DNA from: Vitrella brassicaformis CCMP3155
Taxonomy: Eukaryota; Protista; Chromerida
Reading direction: 5' to 3'
DNA: 64,000 bases
NCBI GenBank assembly: GCA_001179505.1
Contig: CDMY01000022.1
Location: 144,438-208,437 of the forward strand
Position 1 is the stretch's first letter. Every line of letters begins with the position of its first letter. The notes under the pieces were generated by a model. The model searched no databases. It worked only from the letters and a program-made list of their open reading frames with translations, and was not told the origin of the DNA. The translations under genes and the position numbers were made by a program. Shown here piece by piece: positions 38,518 through 50,547 of this stretch.

Positions 38518-41500
38518 CAGGGTTTGTGGGGCTTAGGGTTTGGGGGCAAGCTGCGCTGAGTTGAAAAGATCATGAAGAAGAAGAAGAAGGGGGACTCCTC
38601 GGAGGACTTCACCCACGAGGGTAAGCACACATGGTGCCCGGAGATGGAGAAGAAGCTCATGGGGGAGCTCGAGGAGAAGGGCGCCGACACCACCGCCAAG
38701 AAGGATGCGTGCATGGCCCACCTGGTGACGACGGACGACTGGGGGAAACTCTGTGCCGCCGCAGGCAATCCAGGGCCCGTGTGCAAGACGGCCTGTAAGA
38801 AGGTAAGCGGCTGACCTGGGGAGAGGGAGAGGGGGGAAAGGGCAGACAGCCTGAGAGCATGAGAGGGGAGGGCCCTATGGGAGGGCCACGAGTGTGTGTC
38901 CTACGGCCCGGTCATGGATGTGTTGTGGGCCATCGACCTTCTCTCTGTCCACTGCCTCTGTGTCTCCGTCGGCTCTGTGTGTGTGTGTGTGCAGCGCCTG
39001 ACCTTCATCAAGAAACACCTGGCCGACTACGAGTGGGCGCATGACATCCTCGGCAAGATCGACGCCAAGGCTTTCCGCAGCCGCACTTTCAACGCCAAGA
39101 ATGAGATGATAGCGTCGGTCAAGACAGAGGAGGAAGGGAAGGTTCGCGGCAATGTCGACAACATGGGGCGGCTGGCGACCGACACCACAGTCGACGCCTC
39201 ACCGCTCAACCGCTCGACTGACGGAACCGCGCCACTCGACAGCACACGCCAGAGCAAGAGCTGCTCGGGGGGTGAGACATACACACACAGAGAGAGGATG
39301 GGATGGCTGTGGCTGTCTCCGTGTCTCTGGGGTTCTCTCACTGTGGGCCCATTCTTGTGTGTCTGTGGTGCAGATTCTGTTGCTGAGGAGGTCAAGCCGA
39401 CGACGGACGGCAAGGACACAATCAATGAGACACACAAAGGCCAGATCATGTGTCCTCCCTCTCTGTGTGTGTGATCGATCAGATGGGATTGTCATAGAGA
39501 AGTCTCTGGCTCTCGAGGACGGTGTTGACAAAGGCGCTGCCCAGCCGCTGAGCCGCTTCGGGCGGCAGCAGAGAAAGAAACAACTCGGCACTGACGGTCA
39601 GGCAAAGAGACACACCAAGGGCCACCGCCACCTGCTGTCTCCCCTTTGCAGAGGTGGATCCGTTCACCGCGCCCGTCGTGGCGACCACCCCGGCTGTCAA
39701 GATGGCCAAGAAGACACGTGCGGTGACAAGACGCCAGCCGTCCAAGCCGCCCCGCTCGCCCAAACGCAGTGTGCCGATGGCCTTGGAGCGGCCTTGGAAG
39801 CCTGAGCTCTTCGAGATGCAGCCGAGACAGTATGTGCGATTGTACACTGACTCTGACTCTGACGAAGACTCGCATTTCGGCCGTCAATCGCACAAACGGA
39901 CAGATAGCTGTGATGAAGCTGAATTGGTGATGCTGCAACTGGCGCCCGACACACTGTTGCCCAAGACGGCCTCCGCCAACCCCTCAAAGTTTGAAATGGC
40001 CCAAACTGACCTGAAGGAGCGTGGTGAGTCCGCCAGTGCCGGCCAGCAGACACACAGCAGCCCGCCCACAGTCATCGAGTTCGATGACCGGTTCGATCCC
40101 CCCAAAGACGGCAAGTCGTACGTATTCCCTGACATCGAGTGGCGTCGCTTCGAGGAGCGCCGCTACGACAAGGACAACAACTGCCTCTACATTGGTCGCC
40201 ACTTCGACAGATTCGATCCGGATGACTTCATCGAGCTGACCAAGATCTTCGACACGCGATGCAGCAAGAAGACGGGTGGGGAGAGTGATGCCGCCGAGCA
40301 ACCGGCGGGAGGACATAAGGGGCCGCCCAGCTGGGCCGAACTGCAGGCCGCCCTTAACGAGAACGAGAAGAAGCGGAGACGCCCCTGGGAGGGAGAGGAC
40401 AGCTTCCACCCGCGAGTGGGCGTCCATCCACACGCACATGGGCTGGGCTGCGGCCTCGGTCGTTTCAATGAAGAGGTCACTGACAGACACACAGAAGGAG
40501 ACACATACCGAGCCTCCAAGAGACTCTCTTTCTCTCTCTCTCTCTCTCTCACTGCTGTTTGTGCCTTCAGTTTTTGTTTGGCTTGGAGGATAAGCAGAGA
40601 GGCTTCTGCAACCACGGATCCATGTCGCTGCAGGACGGTACACACGCAAGACATCACCCCAGCCGTCCCCATCTCTCATGGTGTCTCCCTGCCTGTCTGT
40701 CTGCTGATTGCTGGCCTTGTCGTCTTCAGGTGGTGGCGCCGACACGCTCGAGCCGCCAGCCAAGAAGAGCCGCACCGCTACCAGCGCCGCCGCCTTCATG
40801 AGCAGCTACTCGGGCTCGTCCTTTGGCCGCAGGGAGTCCATCCTCTCGCAAGACGACGATTCGATGGGCGATGGCGGCACCAAGGGCAGCACTTGGGGGC
40901 CCCACCCGTGGCTCAGCCAGGAGCCCCTGGTGCGCAACTGGAATCTCGACCCGGACCACCCGGACAACCGCCCCCTGCCGCCCGAGATGCGGCTGGACTT
41001 GGAGGCCCGCGCCCGAGAGATCCGGGAGTCACAGATGCGATACGCTGACGCAATCGCCGCCGGCAGCTTAGACTGGGGCGACGAGAACAACGAGATGGTG
41101 ACCTGCGGGGCGGAGGGCGCTGCTGCTGCTGCTGCTGCTGGTGGTACGGGCGGATGGAGATCGAGCTGTGAGCAGAGTGCTGGAGGGGGAGAGGGGGGGA
41201 GGGGGGCGAGTGAATGGGCTGGGAGGGGCGAGTGTGAAGGGTTGGGGCCTGCGTGGACAAGGAGGGCCGGGGGAGAGACACCCACACAGAGATGATGGTT
41301 GAACGAGCCAATTGCTCCGCGCAAAGACATCCATGGCCATGAACCGCACTCAGACAGACAGACACGAACAGCGACAAGTCAGTTAACACAAGACGGGCCA
41401 GGCCGTCTGTGTCCTCATAATCTGACTCGCACACACGAGCACACGGACCGTCTGTCTGTCTGTTTGTGCGTCTGTCGGCCGTCTGTCCACTCTCACTCAC

Positions 41501-41535
41501 ACATGATCCATCTGCCCGCGGGGGCCGATGGTGAC
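38518..41535 (-). repeat. Arm B of the ~3 kb inverted segmental duplication
   Basis: Reverse-complement match to 19945-22990, including introns and the telomere-like motif upstream of the ATG. Confidence 0.95.
38572..41295 (+). CDS. Uncharacterised Myb/SANT-like protein, copy B; 1-nt frameshift at ~41146 alters the C-terminus
   Basis: Starts MKKKKKGDSSEDFTHEGKHTWCPEMEKKL, with 7 exons in consistent phase. It ends GGTGGWRSS..., where copy A reads GGSGRMEIEL-stop. Confidence 0.7.
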
Positions 41536-42426
41536 AAAATGTGCCGCGGACTGAACCTCGGTGGACAGACGGCCCACTGACGGCCCCACGAATTCCGGAT
41601 GATCCAATCTGTCTGGACGGATGGCAGACAGACACACACAGTACACACGACCACTCTCCAGTGTGCGGGCCATGCAATTGTGGCAGCTGCTCCTGTTGGT
41701 GTCTTGGCGAGCTGCTGGCGTCGTCTCGTTCCATCCAACGACCACAACAGCATGCTATCAGCAGCCCACACACACACACACGTCGTCACACAAGTGTGTG
41801 TGTGTTTCTATGTGTGAGTCCCTCTTTGGCGTACGTCAGTTCCATCCCTTCTTGTCGACGTCACACACGCTGTAGTTGCCGCCGTCCTCGGCCAAACTCG
41901 GCGGCCGGTCGAACACAGCCAGTCGAACACAGCCAGTCGAACACAGCCTATGCTCTCAGAGAGGAACTTTGGCGCGTTGATGGCAATCACGACTGGGCCG
42001 CGGTGGAACACCTCTGCCTTGATGCGATCCTCACCCCCTCGAGTGCTCGTGGAACCCACCTGGCAGCCAGTGGGGGACCAACACACAACCAACAGCCACA
42101 GCCACCGATCTGTGTGTGACGCGTGTGCGGCTTGCTTGCTCTCTTGCTCACCGACGTACCGTGCGAGTATGACTTGGCGAACCAGAGCAATCGGCAGTCG
42201 TCGACGTCGACGACTGGTGTGTGAGCGGTGGGGCAGGGGACGTTCGTCTGCGTGGCGGCATAGCCCAGACACTTCTCCTCATGCAGACCCACCTCTGACA
42301 CACACACACTAATGAGGAAGCCGATGCGACTGAGCAAAGGGGACTGACTGACCTTGCCGACGAGTAGACGGTGGGTATCCACCGTCGCAGCCTTGCATGG
42401 TTGTATGGCGAACAGCTCAGCACCGC
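41535..42426 (-). pseudogene. Cathepsin C/DPAP-like papain-family (C1A) protease pseudogene, central part
   Basis: Motifs in shifting frames: AVLSCSPYNQGCDGGYP.LVGK, FAKSY.YVGGF, EDRIKAEVFHRGPVVIAINAP, HAVVVVGW (catalytic His) and WIIRNSWG (catalytic Asn). It carries multiple insertions and stops, and I could not find the catalytic-Cys exon. Confidence 0.85.
41908..41948. repeat. Three tandem copies of a 14-bp unit inside a pseudo-exon
   Basis: GTCGAACACAGCCA twice, plus GTCGAACACAGCC. Confidence 0.9.
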
Positions 42427-42918
42427 CTGCGCAGCAACAGATGCCGCTTGTCCCTTTTATGCTTCTTACAGAGAATTTACAAAAAGGTCTCGAAAACCGT
42501 TTACGTGTACCGTGTACGCGGCCGAAGCTTATCAGCAGCAGTCCGCACTCTACGCGCGAGAGGGGGACTGACGAACACCGCAGCATGGCCGAAGCAGCCT
42601 GAGACCAAGCCTCTCACGCCTGCCCTGCCTGAGTCGTTTTTCTTACCTGCCTGCCTCCCGCCCCCTGACTGACTGACTTGCCTTCCGCTTTCCTCTCCCT
42701 CCTGCGCCCGGCCGTCCGTCGTTGGCCTTTTCTTTGTTTGTAGATTACTTTGGCGCTTGTTTGATTGACCGACCGGTTTCTGTGCGTGTGTGAGGGGCGT
42801 GCGTGAGTGTGTGTGTGTGTGTGATGTGGCTGCTGATATATTTGTGAGTAATCATCGTCTGTTGCGGTCCGGTGCGGTGAGGTGCGGTTCGGTGGATGCG
42901 TGGAGGTGGCGTTGATCC

Positions 42919-45900
42919 ATGCGGTCGATGGTGCGGATATCGGCCTCAAGGGACCAGTTCTACAAGACCAAAATATGCCCACACCACTCCGCCGGTGAGC
43001 GAAGCGAGCCACCTCCGAGCAAAGAGGGCAGACACAGACCAGACAACAAACTAACTGTCGGGTGTGTGTGTGTGTGTGTGTATGTGTGTCTTTGTGTAGG
43101 CAACTGTCGGCGTGGCGACGAGTGCTACTACGCTCACAGTGAGGAGGAGCTGAGGACGCCCCCCAACCTCCACAAGACACGGCTATGCGACCGATGGATG
43201 CAGGTGCCCAACACATGCATCACATCACACGCAGAGAGAGTAGAGGATGCACTCATCTCATCCATATGCGCCTGCCTCCACACATCATGATTGTGTGGCG
43301 TCACGTCAGAACGGCTCCTGTCCCGACGGCGACAAGTGTCCCTTTGCCCATGGCGAGAGGGAGCTCAGGTGCACCGACGACTACTTCAAGACCGGTCAGC
43401 AAACCACAGCACAGCACAGCACAGCACAGCACACGAGGGAGCAGCAGACAGACAGACAGACAGACATGTGAGAGTGATGCGCGCGTGTGTCAGATCTGTG
43501 TAAGTACTGGAAGGCCGGGAGGTGCCACGCGGGCAAATCGTGCCGACATGCACACGGTGAGTGAGTCAGTCAGGGAAAGGAGCTCACCAGCGAGACAGCG
43601 CACCGCGCCGCCTATCAGATGGGAGGGTGCACATATGTTGTGCGAATGAATGAACCATTCCTGTGTCTTCGTTGCCTTGATCCTTGGACACGTGTGCATC
43701 AGGGCTGGAGGAGCTTCGGCCGCGCAAGTGAGAAACCACAACTCAATCACTCACCAGTCCACTCACCCAGACCGACTTGTGGATGGATATCTCTCTCTCT
43801 CTCTCTGTTCTCATTCGTGTGTGCAGGTTCCGTCCTGACGAGATCGAGCAGATGAAGCATGGCGCGACGCTCTACGACATCCTGCGGGACCGGCAGGCCT
43901 CCGACGGGCCGCCCATCCACCTCTCACCGGGATCTGAGCTCGAGGTCACACCCATCACCCACCATCCCACCCACCCACACACACACACACACATTAAAGG
44001 AAGATCCCTGCACTCCTTTGGTGCGTGCAGACACTCGAAGCGATGGGCCTGCGCAATCTCTCTGAGCGGCACGACCAGCACCCTGCTCTCCGGTATAGGG
44101 GCGACGGCATCAAGCCTCCACGGCTAGACGAGAATGCGGGCACGGGCGAGACGCCGGGCGGTGCGAAGGGTGGTGGCCGCCCGGGCGGGATGGACGTGCA
44201 GGCGCTGATCCAGGCGGCAGCGAGGATGCACAACAACAGCAGCTGCAGTCACCACCAGCCGCCTTTGGTGAGGGGTGCGAGCGGTCCGGCGATGGCCGGC
44301 GGGGGTGGACTGGGGCAAAGTACCCCTCCGCCCTGCAGAACACACGACTTGCCCAAACCACCACACGTAAGAAAGATCACTGACTGACACGAGATGACAC
44401 ACAGAGACTGGGTAAGAATTCTCATCTCTCTGTTGGCTTGTTCGTGTGTGGTGGCGGTATATATGTCATTGATGTCATCAGAGTGCGTCAGTGGGCGACT
44501 TGCTCAAGACGATCGTGCCATCCCGCGACCAGCAGCACCAGCCGCCGCCTCGCCCGTCAGCCCCGCCCCACCCTGCCCCCTCCCCCAGCGCAGCCGTGCG
44601 GTTCGAAGGCCTCCCCTTCTTCCACCCACACCCACACGCCCCTCCACACCAACACCCACACCCACACGCACACCATCCCAGGGGCATGCCCCTGCCCATC
44701 GCGGCCGTGCCATGCATCCCCTCGCAGCCGCCATTGCCGCCATACCCGGCCTCTATCATGGCTGCAGGAGGCGACGACCGCCGTCACCCAGCACACCCTG
44801 CGCACACGGGCAGGCCGCCGATCGTCCCGCTCGTCACGCCGCTGACCATCACTGGCACAGTGGTGCCACCGACCGTGCCCTCATCGGGTGCCGGTGCTGC
44901 CAACACAGCGAGCACACCGGCCACTGCGTCGGCGAAGGCACGGAGGCCAAGAGAGAGGGGCGAGCGGGGTGAGCGGAAGGAGAGGCGGGCGGGGGAAGAG
45001 GACAAGTCGGTGCCGAGTGTGGGAGCGAGTGCGGGTAGCTCGCCAGGCGTGCCGGGGAGGCGTCACAGGCGGCGGCATGGCCGGAGGGGTGGGGAGGAGA
45101 GGAAGGGCAGCACTGTGGACGAGGAGAGTGCTGCCATTGACCAAGAGCAGGAGGAGGATGCTGCGGCAGGAAGGAAGACTGGCGAGACCGGGGGCTATGG
45201 CGGCAGGTGGGTGCGGCGAACATCTTCACGCTCTGTCTGTGCGCTCCCTCGCTCACCCTGTCCTTTGTCTGTCTGTCTGTCTGTCTCTGACTGCCTGTGT
45301 CCCAAGCTCTCTCAGCCGCTCCACCACACGAGCGCCCGACAGCCCGTTTCTCACCTCCGACGCCGAGAGAGAGATGCCGTCAGGCCCCGCGCCAGTGCAT
45401 TCCCAGCCAGCCACCCCGCCCCCCAAGCCCCCACACGCCAAACAACCGCACCATGAGGACGGCGAGACCACCACGGGCAGCATCGAGACCATCGACGACG
45501 ACCTCCGCAGCCACTCTGCCCCCGCCACCCTCACACCCAGCCTCTCGCAGCCGGAAGGCCAGGAGTGGTACATGGAGCAGCAGCTGGGGCGGCGCGGTGC
45601 TGGTGGGGGCGGTGTCTCGTCAGGGGTCAAGGGCGACCATCATCAGAAGGACGGGAGCATCGGTCCCGTGAGTGTGGGGATGGCTGTGCCGTCGTCGCTC
45701 GAGACGACGCCCGAGGCGGAGGGGATGGGCGATTTGGTGCCGATGGAGGGCTTCGAGAGGCTGGAGCCGGGGGTGGACTCTTCGGCAGAGGATGGCGACT
45801 ACAGGTGCGATGAGCCACACAGATGGACGGAGGGTCACATGTGGCCTTCATCTGCAATTCTTTCTTTCTTTCTGACCTTTAAATATTGACTTTTTGCAGT

Positions 45901-47203
45901 GCGGACGATCTTGACCACCAGCAGCAGCAGGGGTCGTCTTCTCGCCAGCCACTGCCACGGTCCAAGAGCTCCCCTTCCCTGCAGTCCACCCTCCTCCCCT
46001 CTCAAATCCGATGGTCCACCCTCCCCCCGCCCGACACAGAGACCACCCCCCAGGCCACCCCCCTCAATCCCAACCCCCCGCCCCCCACACCAGCCACCGG
46101 CCACGCCAAGGCCATGCACCCACAGCACCCGGCAGTGTTCTTCCCAGAGGAGAAGTTCCAGCAGTCACTCGCCAAGGCGGGGTACCCTTACCCACCGCGG
46201 CCCACTGCTGCTGGTGGTGTGGTCAAGGACGACAGGAAGCGGCACAACACGATCGCGGTGCCGTGTCCGTATGTGCATGTGGCGTCGTCACACGCGCACT
46301 ACACCCACACGGGCGCCTCCCCGCTGCCCCCACTACTGCCCCCACCCCTCGACGCTCGCAAGACCGGCGCTCCGTTCGGGGCGCTGCTGCCGCACCCGCC
46401 CCCGCCAAGAGAGGAGGGCTCAATGGCGCCGTCAGGAGGGACCCCAGTGTACCCCTTCCCCCCACCCTTTGGCGGGCCACGTCTGGCCTATCCCGCTTCG
46501 CCAGAGTATCCCGGCGCCGCTGGGGGGAGTGCGGACGAGGGCGAGGGCGGGGAGAGGGGGGGACCACAGCAGCAGCAGCAGCAGCACCATGGGTGGAGCT
46601 ACCCTGCTGCTGCGGGGATGCACCACGTCGGACACCATTATACGGTCAGCAAAGGGAATAAACAAAGAGCTCTTGCCTGGATGGATGGATGGATGTGTGT
46701 GTGTCTGCCGCGGTCATATGCTCACACACAGGCGCCACACGCATACGCCCTCCCCCCCGGCCCCCATGGCCACCCCGCTGCAGCTCACGTGGTGGTGGGT
46801 GTGACCCCCGAGCAGTACAGCGCCATGGTGGTGGCAATGGGCATGTCGCACGAGATGGGCCTGCCACCACCAGGACCCCCGCCCCCACACCCACACACGC
46901 ACCATACGTCCGCACCGGCGAGCAGATCGGTGAGCGATGGCGGCAGTGGCAATGGCGGCAGTGGTGGAGGGGAGTCCCACCACCAGCAGCAGCAGGGGCA
47001 GCAGCAGCAGCAGCCGGCGGGTCCTGGGGGTGTTGCTGCGCCGAGCCCGATGCACTACCTCCTGGCTGCTGTGCCCTACGAAGGTCAGTCGGGAGGCTGG
47101 ACAAGAGATCTCTTTGATGGAGGTCATGTGCTCTCTCTCTCTCTCTCCCTGGGTGTGTCTGGCAGAGGTGAAGCTGGCGCAGCCCGACTACTACGAGGAG
47201 TGA
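42919..47203 (+). CDS. Triple CCCH (C-x7/8-C-x5-C-x3-H) zinc-finger RNA-binding protein with a long Pro/Gln/Gly-rich tail
   Basis: Three fingers: FYKTKICPHHSAGNCRRGDECYYAHSEEELR, LHKTRLCDRWMQNGSCPDGDKCPFAHGERELR and [30 protein letters not shown], each preceded by a TTP-like KT.LC lead-in. The protein ends PDYYEE-stop at 47203. Confidence 0.9.
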
Positions 47204-47357
47204 AAAGCGGAGAGGCAAATCGACGAGCGGGGGCATTCATGTGTGTGTGTGTGGCTGGGATGTGTGTGTGTCTTGGTGGGGTGTGTGTGTGTGTGTGTGG
47301 CGACTGGCGACTGACTACCCTAGGCGGCTGTGCGTGTGTATGGATGCGTGTGTAAGC

Positions 47358-47657
47358 NNNNNNNNNNNNNNNNNNNNNNNNNNNNNNNNNNNNNNNNNNN
47401 NNNNNNNNNNNNNNNNNNNNNNNNNNNNNNNNNNNNNNNNNNNNNNNNNNNNNNNNNNNNNNNNNNNNNNNNNNNNNNNNNNNNNNNNNNNNNNNNNNNN
47501 NNNNNNNNNNNNNNNNNNNNNNNNNNNNNNNNNNNNNNNNNNNNNNNNNNNNNNNNNNNNNNNNNNNNNNNNNNNNNNNNNNNNNNNNNNNNNNNNNNNN
47601 NNNNNNNNNNNNNNNNNNNNNNNNNNNNNNNNNNNNNNNNNNNNNNNNNNNNNNNNN
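47358..47657. other. Assembly gap (300 N)
   Basis: Run of N. Confidence 1.
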
Positions 47658-47659
47658 GG

Positions 47660-50500
47660 TTCATCCTTTCTCTCCCGTCTGTCCGTCACACACCACACAC
47701 ACACAACACAATTCACTCTCGACGCAGACCAGACTGGCGGCTCTCTCTCTTTGCCCTTTGTTTCACCCTCACCCCCTCTGTCTGTCTGTCTGTCTGTCTG
47801 TCTGCTGGGTTGCCCCACACTCCCTCCCTCCCTCCCTGTCTCTGCTGCTGCCCGCCTCACCGACTCATCCCGCCACTGTGTGTCGGGTATCGTGTGTCTT
47901 TTTTGTGTGTGTGTGTGTGTGTCGGCAAGGATGGGTTGCCCGTGTTAGCTTAGCCCAAAACTGGGGCGGAGCGACATTGCCCGGGACCAAAGTGTCTCAA
48001 ATTGCCATCGACACACACATATATACACACGCACACACACGCTCACACATGCACACACACGGACGCACAGCAGGCAGGCAGGCACACGCACAGGCAGACG
48101 CGACGAACGACACGAGGTTCGGAGAGAGAGGTGTGGGGAGAGGTGGCGGGGGATGGTTCGGTCGCTACACACAGGCGACTGACTGACTAGCTGCTGGATG
48201 GTTTCAACTCTAAAGGGCTGGATGGTTGCGTGCGCTGCAGATGCAGGTGGCCGACATCTTTCTTCACACACACACACCTGGGTTGGATGGGTGGGATGGG
48301 AGTGCGTGTGTGTGTGTGTGTGCATGGCATGGAAGTGACAACTGAGTGAGTCAGTGGCTTTGGCTCAGCTACCTACCTACCTACCTTGTTGATTGGATTG
48401 GATTGGATTGGATTGGATTGGGTTGTGTGACGGACGTGAGAGTGACGTGGCGGGCGAAAGAGATGCCACAGCCAACCAAGGCATATATGTGTGTGTGGTA
48501 GGTGTGTGTGAGACTGCTCTGTCTTGTCTGTCTGTCTGTCCGTCTGGTGGCGTGTTGGTGTGGGTGTGTCTGTGCGTTTTGTTTTTTGGAGGGATGGGGG
48601 GAGGGGCTGGGTGGACGGATGTTCGCACATGCGTGTATCTGTGCGCTGGTTCGTGCCTGCCTGCCTGTATGTGTGTACGAGTGTGAATGGCTGTGCGTGT
48701 ACATTGATTTGATTGTGCATGTGTGCATGCGGGGGGATGTGCCGCATATAAACGCAATGCGCCTCGATCCGATCCTCTCCGTCCATTCCGTCCATGTGTA
48801 CATGTTATGTGTGTATGTGTATGTGTGTGATGTCAGTGAGTGAGAATGAGGTGAATGAGGTGAGTGAGATGTGCTCCAGATGGACGTCTATCTGGCAAAG
48901 GAAGACACATATTGCAATGAATAGACAACATGGACATTCACAGATCTATATGTATATGTATATATGTGTATGTGTATACATGTATGTATGTATGTGTATG
49001 TGTATGTGTGAGCGATGGGTGGCGTGGCTGCGTGCATTGCATTGACTGTATGACATACCGACATGAGAGAGAGAGAGGGGGCACGGACAAATGCTCCGGA
49101 CGAGGGAGGGGAGGGGGGAGGGGGGGAGGGGGGAGGCTGTCTACACGTCTGTCTGAGCGAGACACAAACCCATCGGGATCGGGATCGGGGATGGGCGGGC
49201 GGGCGGGCGGGCGGGCGGCTGTATATCTATCTATCTTGCACACTACCGACTCCCTCCCCTCCCCTACTCTGTCACTCTCTTTCTTTCAAGCGAAAGCGCC
49301 ACAGATTGACCAACGACCGAATGAACCACGGCTGCGTATCCTTCCTGGGCGGGGTGGATGGCTGTTCCTCATTGCTTGCTGTGAGTCAAGTCAATAATGA
49401 GGGTTTTGCGGAGATAAACGAGACGATGGATATGGACGGATGGATGGATGGACGGACGAGAGACCCCTTGCTAAAAGGCAATGGGGAATTTTCTGGCTGG
49501 CTGGCTGGCGACGTGCCTGTGGGTGGGTGAGTGAGAGTGTGAGTGTCCTGTCGGCGGCCCCTGTCGACTCAGAAGCGACAGATGTATGCAGCCGACCACC
49601 ACACGCCCCACGCCGAGAGAGAGAGATTAGGAGGGACACGTGTGTGTGAGAGTGGACGATGGATGGATGGATGGACGGAAGGGCGTGAGTGCGTTTAGAC
49701 AAATCGACGACTGGGTTGGGTTGTGTTTCCCCCTCCCCCTCACTTATCTGCCTGCCTGCCTGCCTGTCGCCCGCCCTCAGTGTTTTTGAACCTTAATAAC
49801 GAAGACCTATGGAATGAATGGATGGACAGATGGACAGACAGATGGAGGGTGGATGGTTCCTTGATGGATTGAGGCACAGAAGTCGTCAGATAGGAGGTCA
49901 CCCCTCTCTCGCTGTCTCTCTCTCTCTCAGGTGGCCAGATCGCAACCAGCCATGTACAAAATATACACCGCACGCAGTGATTGACTGACCCATCCACACC
50001 ACACCACACAGGAGGTCAGGTGATGCATCCAGGTCGTCAACACACACACGCGACACACGCGGGGGAAGGAGGAGTAGAAGGAGAGGAAGGCACCAACAAC
50101 ACGCCACACAGCAGTCACAAACCGCCCTCTCCCTCTCTTCCCCCTCTCCCTCGCGGCTCACGGCACGGCCAGTAACTTACAAAAGGTCGTCTTTTCTCTC
50201 ACACACACACAGGTGTGCAGAGAGGCGACTACACATATCAATCAGTCAACGCGCAGACAAGCAGGCAGGCAGGCAGGCAGGCAGGAAGACATACGAATTG
50301 AGAACATCCCAGACACCCTCTGACGGACGGACGGACGAATGGTTGCTTCCTTCGTTCGTTCGTTGATTCATCCATTCGATTGTCCGCACGCCATTCGTCC
50401 ACTCATCCATCCATCCATCCAGCAGAGGGAGTGAGTTCAAAACCAGCCGCCCACCCGTCCGTTTGCTTGACCCGCTCCGCTCCGCTCCGCAAAACAGCCT
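47660..50500. repeat. Microsatellite-rich non-coding region between convergent genes
   Basis: (GATTG)n at ~48390-48420, an AT/GT-mixed tract at ~48945-49010, and (GGAT)n, (CA)n and (GGGC)n tracts. I found no credible ORF. Confidence 0.7.
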
Positions 50501-50547
50501 CTCATCCACCCCCCCCCCCCCTCTCTCTCTCTCTGCGATCAGTCGAT

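Noticed and set aside
19945-41535. Inverted arms as terminal inverted repeats of a Maverick/Polinton or giant DNA transposon
   Set aside because: The interior holds only intron-rich host genes, with no polB, integrase, capsid, ATPase or transposase. The arms are diverged, and I saw no TSD.
42440-42530. AT-richer stretch upstream of the cathepsin pseudo-exons as an organellar or foreign insert
   Set aside because: It is too short and has no recognisable organellar sequence; it cannot be supported without a search.
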